Shown here one piece after another: positions 27,994-42,289 of a stretch of DNA of 64,000 nucleotides. The stretch is from NCBI GenBank assembly GCA_964016885.1, contig CAXHJY010000636.1, forward strand, positions 1 to 64,000. The letters run 5' to 3'. The number at the start of each line of letters is the position of its first letter. The stretch's first letter is position 1. A program made the position numbers and the translations under genes. This DNA is from Eledone cirrhosa. Taxonomy: Eukaryota. Below the pieces are notes generated by a model, which had not been told where the DNA came from, did no database searches, and saw only the letters and a program-made list of their open reading frames with translations.

Positions 27994-30110
27994 GGGGGTG
28001 GTGTTGTTGTTGCTGTTGTTGTTGGTGGTGGTGGTGGTGGTGGTGGTAAGTGATGTAGATAATTGCCGTAGAACAGAGGAAGACATTTCGATGGTGATGG
28101 TGATGATGGTTATGATGGTGATGGTGGTGATGTTGGTGATGATGATGGTTATGATGATGGTGATGTTTATGATGGTGACGGTGATGATGGTGGGGATGGT
28201 GACAATGACGATGATGATGATCATTATTATGATGATGATGATGATGGTGATGGTGATGGTGATGGTGACGATGGTGATAATTATTATTATGATGATGGTG
28301 GCGATGGTGATGAAGATGTTTAAGAAACCAATTACGATGATGATAATAATGATGATGATGATGATGGTGGTGATGATGATGATGGTGATGATGATGATGG
28401 TTGTGGTGGTGATAGGATGACTCTAACACATTCACAAGAGGGCGGTGTGTGATGGCGTCAAGGAGACAGGTAAAAAGAATATCGAAAATATCGTAGTGGT
28501 GATGGTGGTGGTGGTGGTAGTGGTGGTGGTGGTGTGGTGGTGGTGGTGGTGGTGGTGGTAGTGGTGGTGGTGGTGTGGTGGTGGTGGTGGTAGTGGTGGT
28601 GGTGGTGGTAGTGGTGGTTGTGGTGGTAGTGGTGGTGGTGGTGGTAGTGGTGGTGGTGGTGGTAGTGGTGGTGGTGGTAGTGGTGGTGGTGGTGGTGGTG
28701 GTGGTGGTGGTGGTGGTGGTAGTGGTGGTGGTGGTGTGGTGGTGGTGGTGGTGGTTGTGGTGGTGGTGGTAGTGGTGGTGGTGGTGGTGGTGGTGGTGGT
28801 GGTGGTGGTGGTAGTGGTGGTGGTGGTGTGGTGGTGGTGGTGGTGGTGGTGGTAGTGGTGGTGGTGGTGTGGTGGTGGTGGTGGTAGTGGTGGTGGTGGT
28901 GGTAGTGGTGGTGGTAGTGGTGGTAGTGGTGGTGGTGGTGTGGTGGTGGTGGTGGTAGTGGTGGTGGTAGTGGTGGTGGTGGTAGTGGTGGTGGTGGTAG
29001 TGGTGGTGGTAGTGGTGGTGGTGGTAGTGGTGGTGGTGGTAGTGGTGGTGGTGGTAGTGGTGGTGGTAGTGGTGGTGGTGGTAGTGGTGGTGGTGGTAGT
29101 GGTGGTGGTAGTGGTGGTGGTGGTAGTGGTGGTGGTGGTAGTGGTGGTGGTGGTGGTGGTGGTGGTGGTGGTGGTGGTGGTGGTGGTAGTGGTGGTGGTG
29201 GTGTGGTGGTGGTGGTGGTAGTGGTGGTGGTGGTGGTGGTGGTGGTGGTGGTGGTAGTGGTGGTTGTGGTGGTAGTGGTGGTGGTAGTGGTGGTTGTGGT
29301 GGTAGTGGTGGTGGTGGTGGTGGTGGTGGTAGTGGTGGTAGTGGTAGTGGTGGTGGTGGTAGTGGTGGTGGTGGTGGTAGTGGTGATGGTGGTGGTGGTG
29401 GTGGTGGTGGTGGTGGTGGTGGTGGTGATGGTGGTGGTGATGGTGGTGGTGATGGTAGTGGTGGTGGTGGTAGTGGTGGTGGTAGTGGTAGTGTTGGGGG
29501 TGGTGGTGATGGTAGTGGTGGTGGTAGTGGTGGTGGTGGTGATGGTGGTAGTGGTAGTGGTAGTAATGGTGGTGGTGGTGGTAGTGGTAGTGGTGGTGGT
29601 GGTGGTGGTGATGGTAGTGGTGGTGGTGGTGTTGGTGGTGGTGATGGTAGTGGTAGTGGTGGTGGTAGTGGTAGTGTTGGTCGTGATGGTGGTGCTGGTG
29701 GTGGTGGTAGTGGTAGTGGTGGTGTTGGTGGTGGTGGTAGTGGTAGTGTTGGTGGTGGTGGTGATGGTAGTGGTGGTGGTAGTGGTGGTGGTGGTAGTGG
29801 TGGTAGTAGTGGTGGTGGTGGTGGTGGTGGTGGTGGTGGTGGTGGTGGTGGTGGTGGTAGTGGTGGTGGTGGTGATGGTGGTGGTGGTGGTGGTTTTGGT
29901 GGTAGTGGTGGTAGTAGTGGTGGTGGTGGTGGTGGTAGTAGTGGTGGTGGTGGGGGTGATGGTAGTGGTAGTGGTGGTGGTGGTGGTAGTGGTAGTTTTG
30001 GTGGTGGTGGTCGTGATGGTGGTGGTGGTGGTAGTGGTGGTAGTGTTAGTGGTGATGGTGGTAGTGGTGGTGGTCGTCGTAGTGGTGTTGATGATGGTGG
30101 CGGTGGGGTT
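27960..30110. repeat. (GAT)n and (GGT/AGT)n tracts
   Basis: Direct reading. Confidence 0.9.
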
Positions 30111-30828
30111 ATGCTGATGGTAGTGGTGTTCAGGGTTAGGGGTTGGGTGCAGTGGAACTGCGAGTGAATGTTGTGGGGTAGCAACTTCAGCATGAAGGGG
30201 AGGGGGGTAATGCGATGATGATGATTATGATAAGATATATAGAGGGGGGGGGGGCATTGAAGGAAAGGGTGTGGAAGGGGAGGGTGGTAATATGGCGCCA
30301 TTCCTTAATTACTTGTGCCATACCTATACACACACTAAAAATACACACATAATACATACATACATACATACATACATACATACATGGTGGCTGCCAACTC
30401 GTTTTCGAGTACGGCCACTACTTTATATCCATGTAGGAGAACCCCTACCGATGCGCTGAACGAGTGTGGCTGTTTAGTCCAGCCAGCGACTTAAAAACTC
30501 TGGTACAAACACTACACTTGTGACAATTATTGACACATAGTGCTGGGCCCATGGTACCATGTGACGACAAGTGCAGAGAGATCTCCAGATATAAAGCAAT
30601 GCCTGTGTCGTGAAGCTTTTATAGTGAGCAAAGGCACTGCACAAAGCCAGTCCCACTCTCTTAACCAAGATGATATTTACCAAAGAGAAGAACAAGTCAA
30701 CATCATTGGATACCATCAGGGTTGCAGGTGTTATATCAGAGTTTTCCTTCTCCTAGAATTCTGCCTTGACAAAGGCTAAGGGGTCATCTCTCCCGGTGAT
30801 TTTATACATACATACATACATACATACA

Positions 30829-30927
<99 letters not shown>

Positions 30928-31091
30928 GTATATGTATGTATAGTAATAATATATACACGGACCACAATCCAGAGAGGGCTCGATAAGCTTTGTATATATG
31001 TATATATATATGGGACTTTCAGAAGATCCCGTATTGGGTGAAAGGAGTAATTCTTTGCTTAAACTTTAATCTGTACTTATATATAAATATA

Positions 31092-31144
<53 letters not shown>

Positions 31145-31339
31145 ATATATATATATACTTGGGGAGGGCCATATTGTTATGATATTGCCAGAAATAATAA
31201 CAGAAAAGACTCACTGTATGGAAAGAACAATACTATAATGAGGCTGACCGGGATAGAAGCAGGTAAATGCTCGGTCGCCCTCCTGTCTCTGCTTTCAGCC
31301 CATGGATCTTGTCTATTATATTCCTTTTTCAGATTTAGA

Positions 31340-31397
31340 ATACCTGATGATGTCACCGATTTCATACTGAACCCGGTCACTGAAATGATCACAGTAT
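31340..31397 (+). ncRNA. Type I hammerhead, family C (U16.1 mutated to C)
   Basis: AUAC-CUGAUGA-UGUCACCG..CGGUCACU-GAAA-UGAUCACA^GUAU; host repeat 31238-31449 matches 36140-36358. Confidence 0.6.
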
Positions 31398-31441
31398 AAT
31401 AAACCTTTTAAGGAATTACACCGGTCCAGCCTCCTGTTATT

Positions 31442-31533
<92 letters not shown>

Positions 31534-31660
31534 AAGTTTTATTTAAATTGTTGGGTTAACAACGAGTAAATATTTATAACTGATATAAAAGCACTCAACA
31601 AGTATTTGGAGTATATTTACGATATTAAATAAATGGAAACTATATTTATAAAACCATATT

Positions 31661-31726
31661 TATTTCATTATATATATTTCAGGGATATCATATTAAAAAT
31701 ATGGTATGCCTTCATCAGACAGAATA
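31661..31726 (-). ncRNA. Type I hammerhead, family A
   Basis: Reverse complement UAUUCUGU-CUGAUGA-AGGCAUACCAUAUU..AAUAUGAUAUCCCU-GAAA-UAUAUAUA^AUGAAAUA. Confidence 0.75.
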
Positions 31727-32297
31727 CAATATAAACAGTCTTATAAATATATAGATTTGACATACCATACAACTTCAACTTCCATTTAAAAAGTTGATTT
31801 GGTAGTGATATATATATATATGTTTAGGAGGGACAATGTGGTGTGTGATTAATAATAACGAGTTTTTAGAAATGTAAGGAAAATACAAAGGACAGGTCCT
31901 CTCTTCAGTTCTCTCCTGTTTCGAGAACTGAAGAGGCTACGAAACAAATTCCGAAATAGGGGCGCGAAATTTTATAAACTTGTTCACGTGACAGCCATAA
32001 TTTCATTTATAACCAATCAGATTACATTTTTTTAGAAAAAGCCTTCGTGAGCCCCCTTTTTTTAAGTAAAAGGTAATTCAAACACTCATATTTGAAAAAA
32101 ACAACCTGAGCACCGCCCCCTTGTTTGAAGAACTTTGTAACGCGAACTGGCGCGAAATTTATTATATTTATTGACCAACAAATCAAATTACTTCTCTAAA
32201 AACCTGGCATTTCGAGCCACTTTTTTCCATATAAAGCAAGTAACATTCAAAGACCAACCAGATGTGAGAAAAACCACAGACCCTCCATCTCAACTCT

Positions 32298-32335
32298 ACT
32301 TTTGAAAAGCAGAAGAACTGCGAAACCGGTAAAGG
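32298..32335 (+). ncRNA. Minimal hammerhead with U3-A8 core, family F
   Basis: Core identical to the 12852 and 55315 copies; host repeat 32260-32471. Confidence 0.65.
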
Positions 32336-32815
32336 AACCAAATAAATATATATATTTTAAAAAAAATAAGACTCCATTTGCATTTTCGATTTCATCTTTT
32401 TTTCTTTATACTTTCACTCGTGTAGGACACCTCGGTTATCTTTCATTTTGTAAAAAAACCTCACTTTCTAATATATATATATATATATAAGTACGTATTG
32501 TGTGTGTGTGTGTGTGTGTTTAGGAACAGATGAGGGAGACCTCTACATGGTAGTTAAACGCGGAAGACGTAGCCACAACACCTTACACAAAATTATGTTA
32601 GGAACGTGAGGAGTTAAATTCCTTTCTGTAAAAAGGTTCTGGGTTCTGGGAAATACACACACGCACACACAGATACACACACACACACACTCACAGATAC
32701 ATACAGACAGAGACACAGATACACACACACACACACACAGATACAGACACGCACACACACGCATATATATATATATATATATACAGACACACACAGACAC
32801 ACACATATATATACG

Positions 32816-32866
<51 letters not shown>

Positions 32867-32888
32867 ATATACTTATACACACACACAC

Positions 32889-32940
<52 letters not shown>

Positions 32941-32988
32941 ACATATATATATATGTATATATACATATACAAATACATATATATATAT

Positions 32989-33053
<65 letters not shown>

Positions 33054-33089
33054 AGTATATATTTATATATATATATATACATATATAAG

Positions 33090-33182
<93 letters not shown>

Positions 33183-33644
33183 ATGTGTGTGTGGAGACAA
33201 CTACACGCCTACACGGTGGCTAGGTCGGTTAGAAGTAGCTACCAAATTCCCTCAAATCACACTCTATCTTCACGTATATATGAGCCAACGGGACAGACTT
33301 CAACGTGGCAGCTCGGCCTGGTAGAAACAGCAGCCAAATCCCCCTCAAATCTCAGCCTGCTGTCAATATATATATAACCCTATGCCGGGAGACCTCAATA
33401 GGTTAACCAGACTTGCTAGAAATAGGGGCAGCTTTTATCTTACGGAGCTTAGAAGCCATATTGCTGTTTGTTCTGGTTATAACGTTAAAGAAAAACGGGG
33501 GTACAAACCACGTTATCTTCCTCGGTCTGTTTATCTTTTAGAGAGATGTGTAACTTGGCTGTTGAGGGGGGGCTATGTAAGTTTCTCTGTATACATACAT
33601 ACATTCTCCGCCTGTGTATCTATATATATATATATATGTGTGTG

Positions 33645-33679
<35 letters not shown>

Positions 33680-33747
33680 GTATATATATATGTATATATA
33701 TATATGTATATATATATATATACATATATATATACATATATATATAC

Positions 33748-33796
<49 letters not shown>

Positions 33797-33813
33797 TATA
33801 TATATATATATAG

Positions 33814-33846
<33 letters not shown>

Positions 33847-33848
33847 TG

Positions 33849-33879
<31 letters not shown>

Positions 33880-34228
33880 GTTCATACATACATACATATA
33901 TGTATATATATGTACATACACACAATCACACACACATATATATATATACATATATATACATATATATATACACACATGCACACAAACATATATATACACA
34001 CAAATACACACACACATATATATACACACAAATACACACACACATACATATATATATACATATATATATATGCATATATACATATACATATATATTTATA
34101 TACAAACGTACATACACACACATGTGTATATATATATACTTATATATATATATATATATATATACTTATATACATATATATTTAAACACATGCATGCAAA
34201 CAAACATATATATATACTTATATATTTA

Positions 34229-34291
<63 letters not shown>

Positions 34292-34489
34292 TCACAAACA
34301 TAACATATACACATAACCTGCCCCCACCCCATCCATCGTCCTCTACTTACCCCCCCCCCCCCATCCCCTCCCCCACGGCTCATCAAGTCTACCAAGGCTT
34401 CCTTAAAATACTCTTGCTTAATGTACCGTGTTACCAAAAGAACCATACCTCCACCCATACCACCACCCCCACCATCACCACAACCGCCG

Positions 34490-34526
<37 letters not shown>

Positions 34527-34619
34527 CCCCACCCCTCCATAATGGTAGACGGGTGTGTTACACAAACCGACGGGGTATCAAATACTTTTCCATCACAGAA
34601 GAAAATTAAATACGCCACC

Positions 34620-34770
34620 ACCCGGCCCGACCCTGCCCCCACCCGGCCCTGCCACCACCCGGCCCTGCCACCACCCGGCCTGGCACTGCCCCCACCCGGC
34701 CTGGCCCTGCCCCCACCCGGCCCTGCCCCCACCCGGCCTGGCCCTGCCCCCACCCGGCCCTGCCCCCACA
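34620..34770. repeat. C-rich minisatellite (cccggccctgccccca, 16/21-bp variants)
   Basis: Direct reading; the G-rich minus strand has G-quadruplex potential. Confidence 0.85.
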
Positions 34771-35413
34771 CACCACGTCCATCAACTAAAACATCAACAC
34801 CACCACCACTACCATTACCACTACCACTACTATCATCTTCTACCACCACCACCACCACCACCACTACCAATACTACCACCATCATCACCACCACCCATAC
34901 TACTACTACTACCACCACTACGCCCCCCCCCGTCCAACCACCACTACCACTACCACCACTGCTACCCCACCACCACCACCACCACTACTACCGCCCTCTA
35001 TCATCACCAGCTGATCCACCATTACCACCACCACAACAACAGCAACAGCAACAACGTGGTGATGACAACTATGACAACGCCCGCCGCCGCTGCCGCCTCC
35101 ACCACCACCACCACCACCACTACCACCATTAGCACAAACTGCCAGCCCACCATCTCTGTCACCTTCAACACACCAATCTAGTCCTTCATCAGAATATAGA
35201 AACAGAAATTAACGGTACATATATATATATCTAGTTATACTTTGGGAGGGTCATGTTGCCAATAAGAAACACACGCACCAGTTGCTTTCACTCCAATTTA
35301 TTATAAATTAAAAAAAAAATTTTATTTTTTAAAAAAATTTTTAATAAAAATCTTTTATAAATTTCCGGTTGGTTGGTTGGTTGGTTCTACAACCGGACGG
35401 TTGTTCATATATT

Positions 35414-35456
35414 TTCAAAGTTCTTTCGTCACACATTCTATGACCTCTTCAGTGAC
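35414..35456 (-). ncRNA. Minimal type I hammerhead, family G
   Basis: Reverse complement GUCA-CUGAAGA-G-GUCAUA GAAUG UGUGAC-GAAA-GAACUU^UGA. Confidence 0.7.
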
Positions 35457-35585
35457 TGGGGATTCGTTTCTTTGTGTTGTGCCTCTACTTTGTTCTGTCT
35501 TACGCCATCTTGTTTTTTCAAGATGGCGTAGGACAATATATGAACAACCGTCCGGTTGTGGAACCAACCAAAGAACCGGAAATTT

Positions 35586-35848
35586 ATAAAAAATAAAAAA
35601 TAAAAAATAAAAAATAAAAAATAAAAAATAAAAAATAAAAAATAAAAAATAAAAAATAAAAAATAAAAAATAAAAAATAAAAAATAAAAAATAAAAAATA
35701 AAAAATAAAAAATAAAAAATAAAAAATAAAAAATAAAAAATAAAAAATAAAAAATAAAAAATAAAAAATAAAAAATAAAAAATAAAAAATAAAAAAAAAA
35801 TAAAAAATAAAAAATAAATAAAAAATAAAAAATAAATAAAAAAAATAA
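35586..35848. repeat. (TAAAAAA)n heptamer array
   Basis: Direct reading. Confidence 0.95.
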
Positions 35849-35987
35849 TTTTATTTATAATAAATTGGAGTGAAACAACTGGTGCGTGTGTTTCTTATTG
35901 GCAATATGACCCTCCCAAAGTATAACAATATCGGTTTCAACACACGTTTTCAGATAAAGAATCTTGCTAAACAAATTCAGAAACGAA

Positions 35988-36070
<83 letters not shown>

Positions 36071-36247
36071 CGCGCGCGTGTGTGTGTGTGTGTGTGTAGT
36101 GCTGAGCGTTAATTTCTTCACTCTTTCACTATATATATAGTGAGGGCGGCCGACCAGGGTAGAAGCTGCTAAATGTTCGGTCGCCCTCATGTCTCTGATT
36201 TTCAGCCCGTTGTATTTTGTCTATTATATTCCTTCGTTATATTTCGA

Positions 36248-36305
36248 ATACCTGATGATGTCACCGGATTCATACTGAACCCGGTCATTGAAGTGATCAT
36301 AGTAT
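36248..36305 (+). ncRNA. Type I hammerhead, family C (A15.1 mutated to G)
   Basis: AUAC-CUGAUGA-UGUCACCGG..CCGGUCAUU-GAAG-UGAUCAUA^GUAU. Confidence 0.6.
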
Positions 36306-36496
36306 AATAAACCTTTCAAGGATTTACACCAGTCCAGCCTCCTGTTATTTTATAATAATTAACTCCGTACTCGCACCACCAACAAAACAAACGAAGACGG
36401 GTGAGTTGCATTACGTTGAGTGCTCTCCATAATATTACATCGAGGTTGACCATACGGAATGACCAGTTCCATCCAGTGGTGAACCAACAAACCTAA

Positions 36497-36570
<74 letters not shown>

Positions 36571-36747
36571 TGAATATAAAAGAAAAACGAACCCACATAT
36601 ATACATATATGTGTTCAAATCGTAAGTGACCAGATTCGCTAAGGTGAAAAGAATATTAGAATTCCTAGGGCTATTTTATTGTAAGAGACTATTTTGACTA
36701 TTTTGAGTTTCTAACTCAATATATACCTTTGATATATATATATATAT

Positions 36748-36814
<67 letters not shown>

Positions 36815-36992
36815 TATTTCTTTATTTACCATAAAGGCATAAAAAGAAGGGACAAATACAAAGGGGGAGTTTACATAAAACCGAGTAAAAAGGGTATAAT
36901 AGATAGATAGATATGTATGTAAAATGTGAAACAGAAATACAGAATATGGAAGGGATATATTAGTTTAACGCTTGAAATAGCAGGAAGAGGGT

Positions 36993-37026
36993 CGTAACGT
37001 TTCGGACGCTAGTCCTTCATCAGAAG
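36993..37026 (-). ncRNA. Minimal hammerhead, family B
   Basis: Reverse complement CUU-CUGAUGA-A-GGAC UAGC GUCC-GAAACGUU; flanks match 53590-53690 inverted. Confidence 0.65.
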
Positions 37027-37184
37027 AGAGAATGAGAAAAAGATAGATTAAAGGGATGGGTGGGTAGAATTGGAAAAGATGTCTTTAGATAAAAATAACA
37101 GGTCCATTCATGTTGACATCTCTTGCACACACACGCATACATTCGTGTGTGTGTGTGTGTGTGAGTGTATGTGTGTTATATGTA

Positions 37185-37259
<75 letters not shown>

Positions 37260-37667
37260 GTGTGTTATATGTATGTGTGTTGTGTGTATATATGTCTGTG
37301 TATATATCTATGTGTGTATATATGTATATATATATGTATATATATGTGTGTGTGTGTGTTTATGTGTATTATACATACGTGTCCATTCAAAAAGTCCTTC
37401 TGATATAAAGAAACAATATAGTTTGTGTCTGTGTATATATGTATGTGTATATATATATATATATGTGTGTGTTGTATATATATCTGTGTGTATATGTGTG
37501 TGTATATATGTGTGCATGTATATGTGTGTATGTATGCGTGTGTATGTGTGTATGTATGTGTATATATGTGTGTGTATATGCGTGTGTATATGTATGTTTA
37601 TATATGTGTGTATATATGTGTGAGCATATATGTGTATATATGTGTATGTGTTGTGTATGTGTGCGTT

Positions 37668-37752
<85 letters not shown>

Positions 37753-38028
37753 GTGTGTATGTATACATGGGTATGTATAGATGTGTGTTGTGTATATATA
37801 TATATGTGTGTATATGTGTGTATGTGTGTGTATATGTGTGTTTGAATATAAATATTTGTATATATATAATATATGTATATATATACAAATGTGTACATAT
37901 GCGCCTAACCCCTCCCCAAGCCCCCCCTCCTAATATAAACAAGCAATCTAGTTTGTCTATGTTTACAGCTTATGTCTCCTTTGTTTATATATCGTCAATA
38001 ACAACAACAACAACACCACCAATAACAA

Positions 38029-38059
<31 letters not shown>

Positions 38060-38344
38060 ACCAATAACAACAACGACAACACCAACAGTAACAACAACAA
38101 CCACAACAACAACAACAATACAATAACAGTAACACAGTAACAACAACAACAATACAATAACAGTAACACAGTAACAACAACAACAACAACCACCACAACC
38201 ACCACAACAACCACAACAACAACAACAACAACAACAGTAACAACAACCACAACCACAACAATAACAGTAACAACAACAACAACAGTAACACAACAACCAC
38301 AATAACAGTAACAATAACAACAACAGTAACAACAATAACAACTA

Positions 38345-38751
38345 TTTTTTGCACAAGGCCAGCAATTATCCCATTGCATTACTGGTATTTATTTTATCGA
38401 CCCCGTAAAGATGAAAGGCAAAGTTAACCTCGGCGGGGATTTGAACTCAGAATGGCAAGGGCCGTAACTCCATGCGTCAAAGCATGGCGTCCGACCCTCT
38501 ACCGATACTGCCAATAATCAATAATTATTAGATGGCTTAGGGAAACAGCTTTAGACTCTATAAAGCTTTCTGATTAAGGCACAAGGCCAACAATTTTCTG
38601 GATTGGAGAAGTCGATTATTCGATTCTAGTACATTACTGGTACTTTATTTTATCGACTCCATAAGGATGAAAGGCAAAGTTAACCTCGGCGCAATTCTAT
38701 GCGTCAAAGCCTGAAGTCCGACGCTCTACCGATACTGCCAATCCACCGCCC
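38345..38751 (-). mobile_element. Two adjacent tRNA-derived SINE copies (38345-38514, 38577-38751)
   Basis: A-box TGGCAGTATCGG, B-box GAGTTCAAATCC in the first copy, shared central domain. Confidence 0.9.
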
Positions 38752-38771
38752 CTTAATAATAATAATTGTTT

Positions 38772-39403
38772 CATTTTCTTCTCTTCTCTACTTTTGCCCG
38801 ACCCCACCTTCAATACTGTTGCCCACTGTGGTCACCCCACACGAAACAAAGTATCATGAAAGTTGAAGCACCCCAAAGGTCAATTACAAAAAAAGATAGA
38901 TGGCATGGCAGTCCTTGACTACTGGGGTCGATTAGAAAAGCTCAAACTTTATTCTCTCCAACGTCGCCGTGAGCGCTACATTATCTGTATGATGTGGAAA
39001 ATATTCCATCAGCATTGCCCAAATGATGTTGACATCACCTTTAGTGTACACCCAGGGCTTGGGCCCTGTGTTATCCGCCCACGACAAAAATCAAACCCTC
39101 ATCTCATAACAACAATACGGCACAATTATTTCACCTCAATTGGCCCTGCTCTCTTTAACATTACACCAAAACACATTTAAACGGAAACAGACCCAATACA
39201 GTTCAAAAAGTCTTTGGACAAATTCCTTCAAAAAATCCCATATAAACCTCCTACACCCGGATATGTCTCCGTAAACAATAACTCTCTGCTTGAGTGGGCC
39301 ATGGTGCCCAAATCCTGATTTGAAAGACTTCGCCAGTTGGTGCTATTAAGTTAGACATGGCCTGGGCCAATACTGGCCAAAACGTATCAAAGTTATCAAA
39401 GTT
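38772..39403 (+). mobile_element. 5'-truncated CR1-group LINE (ORF2 C-terminus plus 3' tail), decayed
   Basis: Translates STFARPHLQYCCPLWSPH and, after a frameshift, LDYWGRLEKLKLYSLQRRRERYII, the typical post-RT motifs of CR1-like ORF2; in-frame stops; ends in (ATCAAAGTT)2 before (TA)n. Confidence 0.85.
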
Positions 39404-39926
39404 ATATATATATATATACATAAAGTTTAATATAGAAATGGGTTCTACAGGACGAGAACTGTTTCATTCAGAAGAAATACTCTCTATATTAAACTTGATG
39501 TTTACACTCTACTAATGTATTGAGTACCTAAATAACTGTGGCTACACCCGATTGAACCCGGGACTCTCACTCTCACTCTCTCTCTCTCTCTCTCTATCTC
39601 TTTCTCTCACACACATACACACATATACACACACATACACACACATATATATATATATATCGCACACATATACACACATATACACACATACACACATATC
39701 ACACACACATACACACACATATATATATCACACACATATACACACATACACACATAAATCACACACATATACACACATACATATATATATATATCACACA
39801 TATACACACACACACATATATATATATATACAAATACACAAGATGTTCCCAAAAAATGTATACACACTTCAATAGCATTCTAGTAAGTATAAATGTTTGG
39901 GACTCTCTCTCTCTCTCTCTCTCTCT

Positions 39927-40075
<149 letters not shown>

Positions 40076-40180
40076 GATATATATAAATATTTAATATATA
40101 TATATGAATATATGTATAAATATAAATATATTTATTTACACACACATATATATTTATATATATATATACAGCCTCCCCGT

Positions 40181-40277
<97 letters not shown>

Positions 40278-40429
40278 GGGGCAAGGGCAGTTGTGTTTGC
40301 ATGAAGTATTTCTACCACGAGGGAAGTTAACAGTTAACAGTGTGTTCTTAGTCCCTAGATATTCATTGTATGATGCTGAGTAAACCTTTTCTGGCATGTA
40401 CCCTTCACCACACACACACACACACACAT

Positions 40430-40477
<48 letters not shown>

Positions 40478-40563
40478 ACATGTTTGTTTGTGTCAGGGGG
40501 ATAGCGAGAAATATTCTGTTTATGTGTGAAAATGTGAAAATATTCACATGGAAGCATATTATG

Positions 40564-40629
<66 letters not shown>

Positions 40630-40647
40630 TATATATGTGTATATATG

Positions 40648-40678
<31 letters not shown>

Positions 40679-40693
40679 GTATATATATGTATA

Positions 40694-40736
<43 letters not shown>

Positions 40737-40741
40737 GTATA

Positions 40742-40831
<90 letters not shown>

Positions 40832-40847
40832 CATGTATATGTATATA

Positions 40848-40890
<43 letters not shown>

Positions 40891-41030
40891 GTATATATAT
40901 ATGTGTATATATATATACATATATATATATACATACACATATATATATATGTGTGTACATAAGTACGTACGTACGTATGTATACATATTGTATATGTATG
41001 TATATATATTGTATATGTATGTATATACGC

Positions 41031-41149
<119 letters not shown>

Positions 41150-41391
41150 CATACGTATACACATACGTATACACATGCGTATATACATATATATATATAT
41201 CTGTATGTGTGTATGAGCCAAAGTCGGTGAGATGAAAGTCTAATTGCTTTGTCTTCATCTAGAACAGAATTTCTCAGCCCTTTTTTACCGTATTGGAACC
41301 CTTGAAAAGGTTTTCATGTCTCAGGGAACCCCTGAGCATGTAGTTACATAAACCATTCTTAGCTTTAGATAGTAAAAGAGATTCTTTCTTA

Positions 41392-41740
41392 TAATAATTC
41401 TTTCTACTTTTGGCACAAGGCCAGCAATTACCCAAGTGTATTACTGGTACTTTATTTTATCTCATAATTCTTTCTACTTTTGGCACAAGGCCAGCAATCA
41501 CCCCAGTGTATTGCTGGTACTTTATTTTATCTCATAACTGTTTCTACTTTTGGCACAAGGCCAGCAATTACCCCAGTGTATTACTGGTACTTTATTTTAT
41601 CTCATAATTCTTTCTACTTTTGGCACAAGGCCAGCAATTACCCCAGTGTATTACTGGTACTTTATTTTATCTCATAACTGTTTCTACTTTTGGCACAAGG
41701 CCAGCAATTACCCCAGTGTATTACTGGTACTTTATTTTAT
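41392..41740. repeat. 70-bp tandem array (5 copies) of the SINE 3' end
   Basis: tttctacttttggcacaaggccagcaat recurs at 41401, 41471, 41541, 41611, 41681; the last unit continues into the SINE body. Confidence 0.95.
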
Positions 41741-42043
41741 CGACCCCGTAAGTCAAAGTTAACCCCGGTAGGATTTGAACTCAGACAGTAAAGCGACATA
41801 ACTCTATGCTGCAAAGCGTGTTGTCTAACGCTCTAGATTTAGGCACAAGGCCAACAATTTTCTGGGGAAGAGGAAAGTCAATTAAATCAACCCCAGTGCA
41901 TTACTGGTACTTTATTTTATCGACCTTAAGGATGAAAGGCAAATTTAACCTCGGTGGGATTTGAACTCAGAACTCAAAGGGGACGTAACTCTATGCTGCA
42001 AAGCGTGTTGTCTGACGCTCTACCAATACTGCCAATCCATCGC
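41672..42043 (-). mobile_element. Two tandem tRNA-derived SINE copies
   Basis: ggatttgaactcaga B-box complement at about 41771 and 41957. Confidence 0.9.
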
Positions 42044-42289
42044 CATTACACAAGAATGCATCCTAGAGTTCCGCAAGAGGTCGCTAGGGGTTTCAGTTTG
42101 AGTGTGTGAAATATAGATTCTCACAGCCGGCATGGAACGAATCCTCCAGGCTTTGAAACCAACACAAATGTTGCGAGGTTCTGGTAAAAATAAATGGGGC
42201 CTCTTTGTTCGCCTCATTTGAACCCTCTGGACGTTTCAATATGATCTTTCCTTGAAGAAAAAGTATGTTCAAAAGTCTATAAGGCAGAC

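Noticed and set aside
31903-31960. Hairpin ctcttcagttctc..gagaactgaagag containing CUGAAGA
   Set aside because: No consistent stem II/III or NUH site could be assigned.
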